Positions 25,165-36,030 of a DNA stretch of 64,000 bases are shown one piece after another (positions within the stretch are counted from its first letter, which is position 1; each line of letters begins with the position of its first letter). Both the position numbers and the translations under genes were made by a program. Source of the stretch: Blepharisma stoltei ATCC 30299 (taxonomy: Eukaryota; Protista; Ciliophora); assembly GCA_965603825.1 (NCBI GenBank), contig CBFDEM010000049.1, forward strand, positions 5,578-69,577, in the 5' to 3' direction. Under the pieces are notes generated by a model that did not search any database, was not told where the DNA came from, and worked only from the letters and a program-made list of their open reading frames with translations.

Positions 25165-26420
25165 TTACAACGCTATTTTACTGAAATCATAATCCTTCAG
25201 CTGCTTTATAAAGCAATTATTTGGGCACACAATTGGTCTTTTGCGTTTAATTGAATTTCAAGCTGATTTTAAGCTCTCCTTTTGAGCAGCAATTATATAT
25301 GCCAATACAATTGTTGGGCTTCTTGATATTCCTTAAAGCAGTGAACCAACACTTTTTCATTAGATTGCAATGCATTGTGAATGAGTTTTATTGCTGCAGT
25401 AAAATACTGAGAAATGCTTTCTTTTTCACTATCATTTGCAGGGATAATGTGGTAGTTTATATCAGGGATTTTTTGAGCATCCTCATTGCATAAAACACGA
25501 ACTATATTTCGAATTCCTTTCTTTTTCAGTTCTTCAGCGATTTGGGTTGCTTCTGCACTTCCTAAATATAACTTTGGCAAATTTTCCATGAAAAATACAA
25601 ATTTACCTTGATTTGCGGTAAGCTTTCTGCATTCTCCTGATTAAGATATAAAAAGAAAGTTGCCAATGGCTCTATAAACCTACCTTTATATCAGCCTTCT
25701 CCTTTTATTTCAAGACTACCGGATCCTGATTTTTTGTAATTAGCAGCATGTCCTTTCTAGATATTTCCATTTTTGTCCTTTAATGCTATTTTTCCTATAG
25801 CTGAGTGCAAAAGGAAGGTGCCAATTACAGCATTCCATTTGAGATTACGATTCACCCTTTTCCATGCTGCATACCTTTTTTAAAGAATCCATAATATTAG
25901 TATTCATCACTTCAGTTTCTGGCAAGTCCGTGAGGCGTGCCAAATTGAAATTGCCAAACCCAATGGTAAGCCATGATATTGGCCATCATGCCAGTCGCCT
26001 TTATAAATACATTTGGAGTCTTGTTCCAGGCAAATTCTAATGCCACGCCCATTAGGAATTCTTTTCTCGTTAATTTCTCCAAATATATCTCATCTGCTCC
26101 CCCTTCCGTGAGCCTGATTCAAGAGGGCCCTATATCTTCAGCTTTTAAGTAAATTCCGTTACCTTCAAGCTCCTGATAGACTTCGTCACTGATCTTTGCA
26201 CCAAAGTAAGCTTTGAAAGTTCTGAAATTTGTTGCTATTTGAACTATAGATTAGGTTTGTTTTGTTTGGTATGTTTACGAGCCAAATACCCTCTGATAAA
26301 GGCTTGAGCATAGACAAGTTGACAACTCGACCGCAAATAGAATTTTTCTATTCTATCTTTTAGTGATGGAAGATCACTGCTAATCTGATTATTTGCATCA
26401 TTGCTTGCACAGCTATCCAT
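25165..26420 (-). pseudogene. IQ-MORN-DSP pseudogene
   Basis: Colinear with 21970-23379. It has an internal MORN deletion, a TAC>TAG stop near 25758, and a 1-nt deletion in the catalytic loop (HCFK then frameshift). Confidence 0.9.
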
Positions 26421-26655
26421 TTTATTATCTAGCGTTGCTTATTTAAAGTTGCATAGGCTAAAATTTAATAAAAATAATTTCTACGATATAAATGACTAAA
26501 ACTTAAAAGGAAAAACGAAAATTAATATAATTAAGTCTTATTTAATCTAAAAAATATTTGTACTAATTTTAAAAGTTAAAATACTAATTCATAAAATCTC
26601 TTAATTTTTTATATTGGTTTCAAAAAATATTAACCTAATTTCTTATCAATTATTA

Positions 26656-27975
26656 ATGTCTAACCTTTTTTTTCTATTCCAATTCATCCTCTTCCTAAAC
26701 CTCACTCTTGTAAACGCGGGGATCTACAAGCCTGAGCAAATCAGAATTTCCTGAACCGAGAACAAGGGAGAAATGCGTGTCACCTGGGTCTCATACATCA
26801 GTGTAGACTCATTTGTCGTATATCGTCCAGTTCTCTGTTTAGGTGAAGACACAACTTGGAAGACGATCCAAGGGACTTCCCAAACTTTTAACGAAGGCGA
26901 AATTGTGGTGAAGTTCCAATACATATATACCGCTGTCATGAATAACCTTAATAGTGAATGCAGCTATGAATATTATATAAGAAATTCCATAACAGAAAGT
27001 GAAATTTATATGTTTAGCGGTCGGACTCCAGAGACAAGTCCACCCTATTTAGAGACCAAAAGACCTTTATCAATGATTGTTTTCGGTGATTTAGGGATTG
27101 GGACCAATGCAATGGCAGTAAAGGACATTTTACTCCAAGAAGCCAAGCTCAGAAATTTTTTAGGGATTATTCATATGGGAGATATCGCTTATAATCTCGA
27201 TCAAGACGACGGAACTACAGGTGACGGCTTTTTGAATATTATTCAACCTTTGGCTGCAAACTATGCGTATATGGCAATAATTGGAAACCATGAAGGTTAC
27301 AATAATTCTACTCATTTTAGGACTAGATTCAAAATGCCAGTAAACCAAGACAACCAAGGATCTGGCTATTTCTATTCTTTTAATATAGGGCCAGTCCATT
27401 GGATAGTTATAAGTACTGAAGTTTATATAGACAACACCAAAAAAGCATCAGCAGAAATCCAAACTAATTGACTGAAAAAAGACTTAGAAGCTGCTAATAA
27501 AAATAGAGAGAATTTTCCATGGATTTTTGTCCTTACCCACCATCCTCTTTATTGTTCAACACACTCTGCTGTTACTTGTGGGTCTGAAGCTGAGCTATAT
27601 CAGAGCATTTTAGAAGATATTTTATATGAAAATTCAATAGATATTATGCTACAAGCCCATGTCCATAGCTATGAAAGAGACAAGCCAATCTATAAGAACT
27701 TGACTGTAAAAAGTGACTATGATGACAAACATACACACATCAATGCAAAAGCCCCATTATATATTTTAAGTGGAAATGCAGGGAATAGAGAAGGCCATAA
27801 TGAGCCTTTGCCACCTACTTATAAGGATTGGGGAGTATATATGGCTGATGACTTTGGGTTTGGAAAATTATTTGTTTATAATGAGACACATGTGTTGTGG
27901 ACCCAGTATAGCGCGACGCTTATGAAGGTTGATGACTATGTTTGGCTCATAAAAGATCAGCCTAGATATAATTAA
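26656..27975 (+). CDS. Purple acid phosphatase (ACP7/PAPL-like), copy 2, secreted
   Basis: Signal peptide, PEQIRIS[W], GDLG, GDIAY, GNHE, THHP and AHVH motifs; TGA read-through joins the track ORFs. Confidence 0.92.
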
Positions 27976-28005
27976 TTTTCTTATATAAAAAATAAGTTCA
28001 TAAGA

Positions 28006-28842
28006 ATGCTTCCTATAGCTGCCAGATCTTTTTCAAAAACGACTAAAATATGCGATTTAAGCTGGCTTTTTAAGGCGGATAAGCTAAGCCCATCATTTAT
28101 TAAAGCTGTAGATTCAATGCCAGAATATAAATTAGAGCTTGAAAATTTTTCGAGGGGTTTTGTATGGAAAAGAGGAGATATTGAGTTTCAGATTTTTGAT
28201 AAAAATCAGCTTCAAGGGTATAGGGAAATCATTGCACAATGCTTTGCGTATCATTCTGCTTTTAAAAAGTATGTGGATTTTTCATATGAGGAATGAAGGG
28301 ATTATGTATTGCCAGAACTTGCAGAGCAAACTGATTTTTTGAAATTCAGTGTAGCTGCAAGAGTAAAGGGAGAACTAGCTGGAGTGCTATATTCTATGTC
28401 GTGGGCATCAAGACCTCAATTTCCTGTTTATTTAAAGCCAAATTCAAAAGAGGTTTGAGAAAAGTTAAAGAATTTTGCACAACTTATTAATAAAAGCATT
28501 CCATTTAACTTTGGCGAGCCTGATAGAAGTGGGAAATTATCGCAAGGAACTTTAGACCGCAGTTCAGTTCTTTATTTGGCAGATGTTGGGGTATTGCCTG
28601 AATTCAATGGAAAAAATTTATCTTATGATTTAATGTTTTTATCAGCTTCACTTGGATATCTGTATGAACTAAGGTATGCAATGGCTGTGAGCTTCGACGT
28701 AAGGTCATCTTTTATTCAAAAATTAGGTGGAGTCTCATTTAAGCCAATTTATTTTAAAGACTGTGAGGTTGAAGGAATAAAACAATACCCTGTTGCAGTT
28801 GAAGGAGAAGGAGTATCATGCTTATTTTTGAATATGTCATAA
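28006..28842 (+). CDS. GNAT-fold acetyltransferase-like protein, possible mitochondrial presequence
   Basis: One frame through two TGA codons. LYLADVGVLPEFNGKNL resembles GNAT motif A, and the N-terminus MLPIAARSFSK is presequence-like. Confidence 0.6.
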
Positions 28843-30582
28843 TACTCAAATGGATTATAAATTATTTTGAAAATCAGATTAAAATGATTGTTTATTAAAA
28901 CTATTCATTTAATTCTTTTAAATCTTCTCTCCAGCTTCGAGTAATCTCATCTATTTTTAATTTTTTCTTGGTAATATCTTTTGTCGCCGCGTCTCATTTT
29001 TTAGAAGAATTAACACACTATAATCTTTGCTTTCTTCTGATCTCTTTAGTTCTTTATTTTCCTCAGTATCAATTTTTCTTTAATATTTAAAATCCAGATC
29101 TTTGGGTGCTCATTATTGCTCTCCTAGAGCTTTTATTCAAAATTCTTCTTTTTGTTTATCGATTTTATTCATATTCTTTTAGCTTTCATAATAGTTTCTT
29201 TTATGTCGTGAATATCTTTAGGGGATTTGAATTGCTTTTATTATATTTTGAGCTAACGGATTTCTTAGAAACAGTTGCTTTTTTTCCTTTTGATCTTGAC
29301 CCTTAATATACCTTTATAATAGCTTAAAATTTTCCACTGTCAATATAATTTTTCCGATTTCTTGTGATTAATTTTAATTTCTTCCATGTTTAAAAAGGTT
29401 TTCTTTTTGCGCTAATTATTGCAACTACCTGAATATTCGACTCTAAGGGCTTGCTTTTTTGTTTAAATTTTCAATGTCTAACTCGATGCATCATGTCACA
29501 GTAAATTTTGCTTTATTTCTTTTGAAATTGTTTTTAACGATTCTTCTAACTAATTTCGAAGATTGTAGATTTGCTCAAAGAAGTTACTCACAATTACTAT
29601 CCCAACTCCTAAGGATGTCAAAGCAGAGTAGCTGTACCTTGCTGGCAAAATTATGCTGCAATTTTGTCAATTACTTGATTGTGTATTTTTTGATGATATA
29701 ATAATCTATTTGTTTATAAAAAATGTTTAAATTTAACTTATATGTCACTATGTGAATAAGCAGAGATTTCAAGCCTTAATCAATAATAGCTGAATTGCAG
29801 TTTTAAACTTTGAATATTATAATTAGAATACTAAATATTATTTAACTTTACAAATAAAAACATTAAAACTCCATAAGGGCACTGCATATTTTGATGACTG
29901 GGTGAATGCTGATGGAATGCATTAATTGTAAAAAATTATTAATAGTCACCGCGAAAAGGGATTTATAATTAAAAATTGATGAAGATTGCGAGCTTTTAGT
30001 CAAATTTGACAGGTTGGGGATAAATTCATTCTCAGCTTGAATAACTAAGTGTTATTTAAAAGGCTTTAATATTTTCTTAAATAAATCCTAGATTTTGAAT
30101 TGGCATTAAATCAAAAAATAGCTCTGTATCTGGCATAACCAAAAGAAATTTATTTAATAATAATTAAATTCTTTTATCCCAAGCGTTACCTATCCCCACT
30201 TGCTTCTCAATTTGAGTGTTTAAATTATTAATATAAAAAACTCCTTCTAATTTATTGCTCTAAATCTAAATAATTCAATAATTTTATAAAAAAAAGCAAT
30301 TATCCCAAAAAAACCACAATAATAAAATAATTTAAGCTTTGGGATCAATCTTAACCTAAATCAAGCTTCAAGAATAATCAATTTTAATTTTCAAGCAAAA
30401 TCACATGCCTTATTTATTTTATTTAAATTAATATAAATAATAGATTTTCTATCAAAATAATTCCCATTATTGCCTGAAAGTCTAATCAAAGCTACCAAAA
30501 ATAGTTTAATGAAAATTCATCTCTCAATACCTCCTAGCTTATTAATTTTTTGCATATAAATTGTTGTTAGAAGTTAAGATAA

Positions 30583-31317
30583 ATGGCCGAACAGTTAAAA
30601 ATTAACGTTCCTATAACAAATTTTACAATTGATTTCAGAAGAAACTGCAGATCGGCAAGTGCTATAAAGCGGAGCGAAACAAAAAGAAGCCTATTAAACT
30701 CCTCACAAAAGCTGAACAGAAGTTTGCACAAGTTTAGCAGAGCTATATCAATAGACCCAAGGCAGTTTAGGTCAAAATCTTATAACTCAACTCCTCCAGA
30801 GCCTTTAAGACCAGAGTGTTGGAGACAACCGTCAGCGAAAATAATGGCAAGCAGTAACAAAAAAGAGCAAAAAGAAACAAACCTTCAATCTTTATTATCA
30901 AGCACGACAAATCTAATGAGAAAATACACTTGTCTAGGAAATAAAGTCAGCTTTACTCCATTAAGCAACACAATGAAAAAAAGCAACATAAAATACATAG
31001 AAAATCTGTGCAATGTGACGATGAAAGAATTAGAAAAAAGGGACAAACTGAAAATAAGCATAGCACAGCAGTTAATAAGGATGAATAAAATAAAAGAGAA
31101 TTATAATGATAATGGAAGCTTGAGGGAAGAAAATTGTAATATTTTGCATTCACACTTTGGAAGGGATAGTCCAATGGTATTTGTTTCAAGAAAGTCGCAG
31201 ACAAGGAGTACAAGGAACATTACAAGGGGGAATCTAAATTTTCAATTGAAAAGTAAACTGAGGATTTCTGGGGAAAATGAAAAATTTGGGGAACTGCATC
31301 AATTGGATAATTTATAA
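30583..31317 (+). CDS. Hypothetical basic protein
   Basis: 244-aa ORF from ATG to TAA between AT-rich flanks. Confidence 0.65.
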   Translation: MAEQLKINVPITNFTIDFRRNCRSASAIKRSETKRSLLNSSQKLNRSLHKFSRAISIDPRQFRSKSYNSTPPEPLRPECWRQPSAKIMASSNKKEQKETNLQSLLSSTTNLMRKYTCLGNKVSFTPLSNTMKKSNIKYIENLCNVTMKELEKRDKLKISIAQQLIRMNKIKENYNDNGSLREENCNILHSHFGRDSPMVFVSRKSQTRSTRNITRGNLNFQLKSKLRISGENEKFGELHQLDNL

Positions 31318-31404
31318 ATCTGCAAGTGAAGCTGTTAAAATAATTATTAATCTAAGCTGATTTATATAGTGTAATAGCCAATTAACTTATTTTATTGCAA
31401 GAAT

Positions 31405-31756
31405 TTATATAATAGCTTGCCAATTCGGTTCTATGATTTCTACTAAGCCGCGCCCTTTCCCTTTCTTTGCTGCGTCAAGCTGATGAATCCTTTTGTCCTC
31501 TTCCCAAACGTCAGATTCGTAGCTCATACTATTTCTATCGCTTGGTAAGGGCTCACTATGAGGTCTTCTTTCAGATATTGGTGTTCCGCAGTCAGTTGTT
31601 GAACTAGCCTCGCTGACGCTTCTCATAGGTTACTTAGATACTGTAAAGCGATGTATATGAAAATCCAGAAATCTGAGAGAAAGGAGTTGTCGCTGAATGT
31701 GAGCTTTGATGTGAATTCTCACTGTTTGAACTGTCTCTTTCTTTTTGGCTCTCCAT
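31405..31756 (-). CDS. Small Ser-rich protein, structure unresolved
   Basis: Two Ser-rich segments (ATG 31756 and ORF 31405..31626) lie in different frames, and no clean intron links them. Confidence 0.35.
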
Positions 31757-31888
31757 TTAATATTATAAGAACGCGCAAAAAATGGATTTTAGTTAAGTAA
31801 ATTAAATTTTTAGATTAGACTGTTATACAACTGGTATGAAAATTTCTGTGTCAAAAAAATACGAAATTCTATGTAAAAAATAATATAA

Positions 31889-32352
31889 TTAATAAAATCT
31901 TAGTCTAATTTTTATAAGCCACAATGATCTACCATATCTCCACTAACAGCTCCATATTGGTTCAATGCACATTGTTTTGCTTAAGAAATCAAGCTTCCCA
32001 TATCCATACTCATCAGTCATAACTAAAGTCCAATCTTGTCAAACTTCTGGCATAGGATCATAATGACCTTCATTGTTTCCTCCATTTTCGCTAATAATAT
32101 AAAAAATTGCATTTCCATTATAATGGGCATTAAAATCATCATACCCGCTATTTACAGCTCTATCTTTATATACTGGCCTGCACCTTTCATAATAATGGTT
32201 TTGAGCCTTAAGCATGATATCTACAGCATATTCATGCCATAGCCCTTCTAAAGCTGACCTCGATATCTCAGCCTCACTGGTGCATTCAGAAAATTCAACT
32301 AAAGAGCAGTACAAAGTCCGATGGGTAAATGCAAAAATCCAAGGGAAAGTCC
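31889..32352 (-). pseudogene. Inverted 3' fragment of purple acid phosphatase copy 1
   Basis: Matches ~21060-21525, with small deletions and the metal-ligand change AHNH>AQNH. Confidence 0.9.
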
Positions 32353-32617
32353 TGCTAAATATTTAGAAATTAATCTAAAATAGTTTAAATTTTATAAAAG
32401 CGATTTAATATCAAATAAAAATTCTAGAGTTAAAGAAACCAAAAATTAGAAAATAGAAGTCTAGACCTTTATAATTCCAGAATATTCAGGATAAGCACAA
32501 TTTAAAAATAATTTCCTATCAATTCGGCAGCTTATAATTTGCCATCTATTATTTTCTTTTTCCTACTCCTAAATGACTAATCTCCATGGCTCCATTTACG
32601 GCTTATAATAATTTGAC

Positions 32618-33283
32618 ATGGTGGAAGCTCCTCAGCCTGTACAATTCAAGCTTGTCTTAATTGGAGATGGAGGTGTTGGCAAAACCACTTTTGTCAAGCG
32701 TCACTTGACTGGTGAATATGAAAAACGCTATATCGCTACAGTCGGTGTCGATGTGCACCCACTTACATTTTTTACAACTCGCGGTCCAGTCTGCTTCAAT
32801 GTTTGGGATACTGCAGGCCAAGAAAAACTTTCAGGACTTAGAGACGGCTATTATATTGGTGGACAATGCGGTATTATCATGTTCGATGTTACCTCACGTA
32901 TCACATACAAAAATGTACCTAAATGGCACAGAGACCTCGTAAGAGTTTGCGAAAACATTCCAATTGTGCTGGTTGGTAACAAAGTCGATGTCAAGGACAG
33001 AAAAGTAAAAGCCAAACAAATCACATATCACAGAAGACACAACCTCCAGTACTTCGATGTCTCAGCCAAGTCCAACTATCAGTTCGAAAAGCCATTCTTG
33101 TGGCTCGCTAGAAGACTCTCAGGAGACGCTAATCTCATGCTTGTCGAAGCTCCAGTATTGGCTCCTCAAGATGTCCAAATTGACCCAGAACAAATGGCAG
33201 AAATCGAAAGAGAAAACGCTGAACTCGCAAGCTTGCAAAACGCTCCACTGCCAGCTGAAGATGAAGATGAGAATTTAGGCTAA
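32618..33283 (+). CDS. RAN: Ran GTPase, copy 1
   Basis: [32 protein letters not shown] and an acidic tail. Confidence 0.98.
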   Translation: MVEAPQPVQFKLVLIGDGGVGKTTFVKRHLTGEYEKRYIATVGVDVHPLTFFTTRGPVCFNVWDTAGQEKLSGLRDGYYIGGQCGIIMFDVTSRITYKNVPKWHRDLVRVCENIPIVLVGNKVDVKDRKVKAKQITYHRRHNLQYFDVSAKSNYQFEKPFLWLARRLSGDANLMLVEAPVLAPQDVQIDPEQMAEIERENAELASLQNAPLPAEDEDENLG

Positions 33284-33541
33284 GGTGCTTATTAATTAAT
33301 CCTTTTTATTTAATATCCAAGTTTTAGAATTAATATAGGCTGAGACTAAGTTTTTTGAAGGGCAATATTTGCTTAATTTCTAGAAAAATATTTTATTTCT
33401 GATTGACTGAATTATTTGGCTATAAATATAAAACTTATAAGAATTTCTAATTTTATATACTTGACTCATAAATAGGAAATTTGATAGTGTAAATAGGAAC
33501 TAAAATATCTTCCATTTACGCGCAATATATAAATAATAGAT

Positions 33542-34207
33542 ATGGAAGCTCCACCACAGCCTGTGCAGTTCAAGCTTGTCTTAATCGGAGATGGAGGTGT
33601 TGGCAAAACCACCTTTGTCAAGCGTCACTTGACTGGTGAATACGAAAAGAGATATATCGCCACCGTAGGTGTTGATGTGCACCCACTTACATTTTTTACA
33701 ACTCGCGGTCCAGTCTGCTTCAATGTGTGGGACACTGCAGGCCAAGAAAAACTTTCAGGCCTTAGAGATGGCTATTATATTGGAGGACAATGTGGTATTA
33801 TCATGTTTGATGTGACCTCACGCATCACATACAAAAATGTGCCTAAATGGCACAGAGACCTCGTAAGAGTCTGCGAAAATATTCCAATTGTGCTGGTTGG
33901 TAACAAAGTCGATGTCAAGGACAGAAAAGTAAAAGCCAAACAAATCACATACCACAGAAGACACAACCTCCAGTACTTCGATGTCTCAGCCAAGTCCAAC
34001 TATCAGTTCGAAAAGCCATTCTTGTGGCTCGCTAGAAGACTCTCAGGAGACGCTAATCTCATGCTTGTCGAAGCTCCAGTATTAGCTCCTCAAGATGTCC
34101 AAATTGACCCAGAACAAATGGCAGAAATCGAAAGAGAAAACGCTGAACTCGCAAGCTTGCAAAACGCTCCACTGCCAGCTGAAGATGAAGATGAGAACCT
34201 CGGTTAA
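33542..34207 (+). CDS. RAN: Ran GTPase, copy 2
   Basis: Protein identical to copy 1 except for the first few residues. Confidence 0.98.
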   Translation: MEAPPQPVQFKLVLIGDGGVGKTTFVKRHLTGEYEKRYIATVGVDVHPLTFFTTRGPVCFNVWDTAGQEKLSGLRDGYYIGGQCGIIMFDVTSRITYKNVPKWHRDLVRVCENIPIVLVGNKVDVKDRKVKAKQITYHRRHNLQYFDVSAKSNYQFEKPFLWLARRLSGDANLMLVEAPVLAPQDVQIDPEQMAEIERENAELASLQNAPLPAEDEDENLG

Positions 34208-34571
34208 AGTGCACAATAATTAATTCATTTTATGAGATTATTTCCATATTAAATCTTTAATAATTATCATTTTATTTTAAATAAATTTAATAAATGTTAA
34301 TTACTAAAAGCTTAAATAAAAAATAAAAGCTAAAGATTAATTATCAGCATTATATGAATATAGATAAGGAAATAAAGCTCCTACTAATTAAATTATTTAA
34401 TTTAGCATTCCGCACAATTCAAATTCAAATTTCTCCCTTTATAAAATCTCCTTCTTTTCTTAATAAAAAATATGGCTTTGCAATTCGTTTTATCGCAAAT
34501 TTTTTCAACTATAACACAAACTTTTTCCATAAAAATTCCAGTAGTTTTTTAAAATATATTTCTATACTAAT

Positions 34572-35179
34572 ATGGAGAAGGAGTCAAAGACGTCGACTAC
34601 TCGCTGTCCTTGCTGTGGAGGCATTCAAAATGTCTCTTGCAAGCCTAAGCTGGATCCATTACCTCATAGATGCGCTAGGATGGGGAATAAAGAGGCGCTT
34701 TGTGGGCTGATGATGTCAGGAGTGGATGTGAATCTGATCTCGGAGGTGGATTATGCTACGCCTTTACATAGAGCGGCGGAGAGTGGGTCGGTTGAGTGTG
34801 CGCAAGTCCTGGTAGCCCACGGAGCTTTATTAAATTTAACTGATTCATCAGGTAAAACAGCTTTGCATATTGTAAGAATTAAACATAGGCAGCTGAGAGC
34901 GGACATGTCAATTTTGTAGGCTTCTTATTAGAAAAAAATGCTAAAAAATTATGTCGCAGAGGCTGCAGAAAGTGCTCAATGTTTTGTAAATTAGTATTGA
35001 GGAAAAAGCAAAAAGAAGATGAGTCTAAAAATGTCAGCCCAGCTCATCATATAAATGATGATGAAGAAGAGGAAGGAAATGACCTTGACAAGCTTGACTT
35101 TATGGCAGAGCTTGAAAAATTAAGACCAGCATTGGGAAACATATGTGTGAGTAAAGAAGGTGAAATCATCACTATCTAA
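34572..35179 (+). CDS. Small ankyrin-repeat protein with one 17-nt intron
   Basis: TPLHRAAESG repeat. Removing 34872-34888 restores TALHI|AAESGHVNFVGFLLEKNA and joins ORF 34979..35179. Confidence 0.85.
34872..34888 (+). other. 17-nt intron
   Basis: GTAAGAATTAAACATAG; A at -6; removal restores an ankyrin repeat. Confidence 0.8.
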
Positions 35180-35367
35180 ATAATTTAATTTAATTTCTAA
35201 TTAAAATAAATTAATTTCAATAATTTAAAAATAAATTTTAGCATAAAACAGCATCATAGCTTATTATTAATGCTAAATTTTTAAAATCGACTCAAATATC
35301 TTATTATTCACCAGATATAATTCTATTTAATCCTAAATAAATATGCAATTAACATAAGTTATAATTT

Positions 35368-36018
35368 ATGAATAAATCATATGGGAAACCTATCTCACTA
35401 AACAACTCCTTAGCTTCCCCACACAACAAAAGCATTTCTTCTATTCCGTCATTCCTTATACGCTCTAAGCCAAAATCAAAAACTCTCCGCAAAAAAGTGT
35501 CAAGAACCCAGTCTGAGGTTCATTTTTGGAATCCACCAAGCTCGCCAAAACAGCCCATAAACAATTCCACAGAAAAAGTCTCCACAACAATTCTATCGAA
35601 TTCTCAACTCGGTGAGCCTAGCCCTCATAATTTATCTAAAGGCTTTGAGCTATGCTACAAGCTCTTTCCAAAACCTTCATTTCTTATGCATTCAGAAACA
35701 AAGAAAAAAACACTCAAAATTAATTGCGAATTCAGCAATAATGAGGTTGAGAGGTCTATTCAGACTCTGAACCATAAAAGACATTCTACTATTACAAGAA
35801 AAGCTTTGGGGAACTTAGTGCCTGAGCCAGAGCCAACTCCAGTAACTCCAATTGCGCTTAAGAAAAGAAAACACCCAATCAGTTTTTCTAAAATGGTAGA
35901 AAATACAGAAAAGAATTGGAAATCTGATATAGAAAAAATCCTTGAAAGTCTACAGAGCAGGAAATTAAGAGGAATTTATTTTTACGATAAAATTATAAAT
36001 AAATGTAAAGTTAAATAA
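35368..36018 (+). CDS. Hypothetical Ser/Pro/Lys-rich protein
   Basis: 216-aa ORF from ATG to TAA. Confidence 0.65.
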   Translation: MNKSYGKPISLNNSLASPHNKSISSIPSFLIRSKPKSKTLRKKVSRTQSEVHFWNPPSSPKQPINNSTEKVSTTILSNSQLGEPSPHNLSKGFELCYKLFPKPSFLMHSETKKKTLKINCEFSNNEVERSIQTLNHKRHSTITRKALGNLVPEPEPTPVTPIALKKRKHPISFSKMVENTEKNWKSDIEKILESLQSRKLRGIYFYDKIINKCKVK

Positions 36019-36030
36019 AGATAGCATTAC

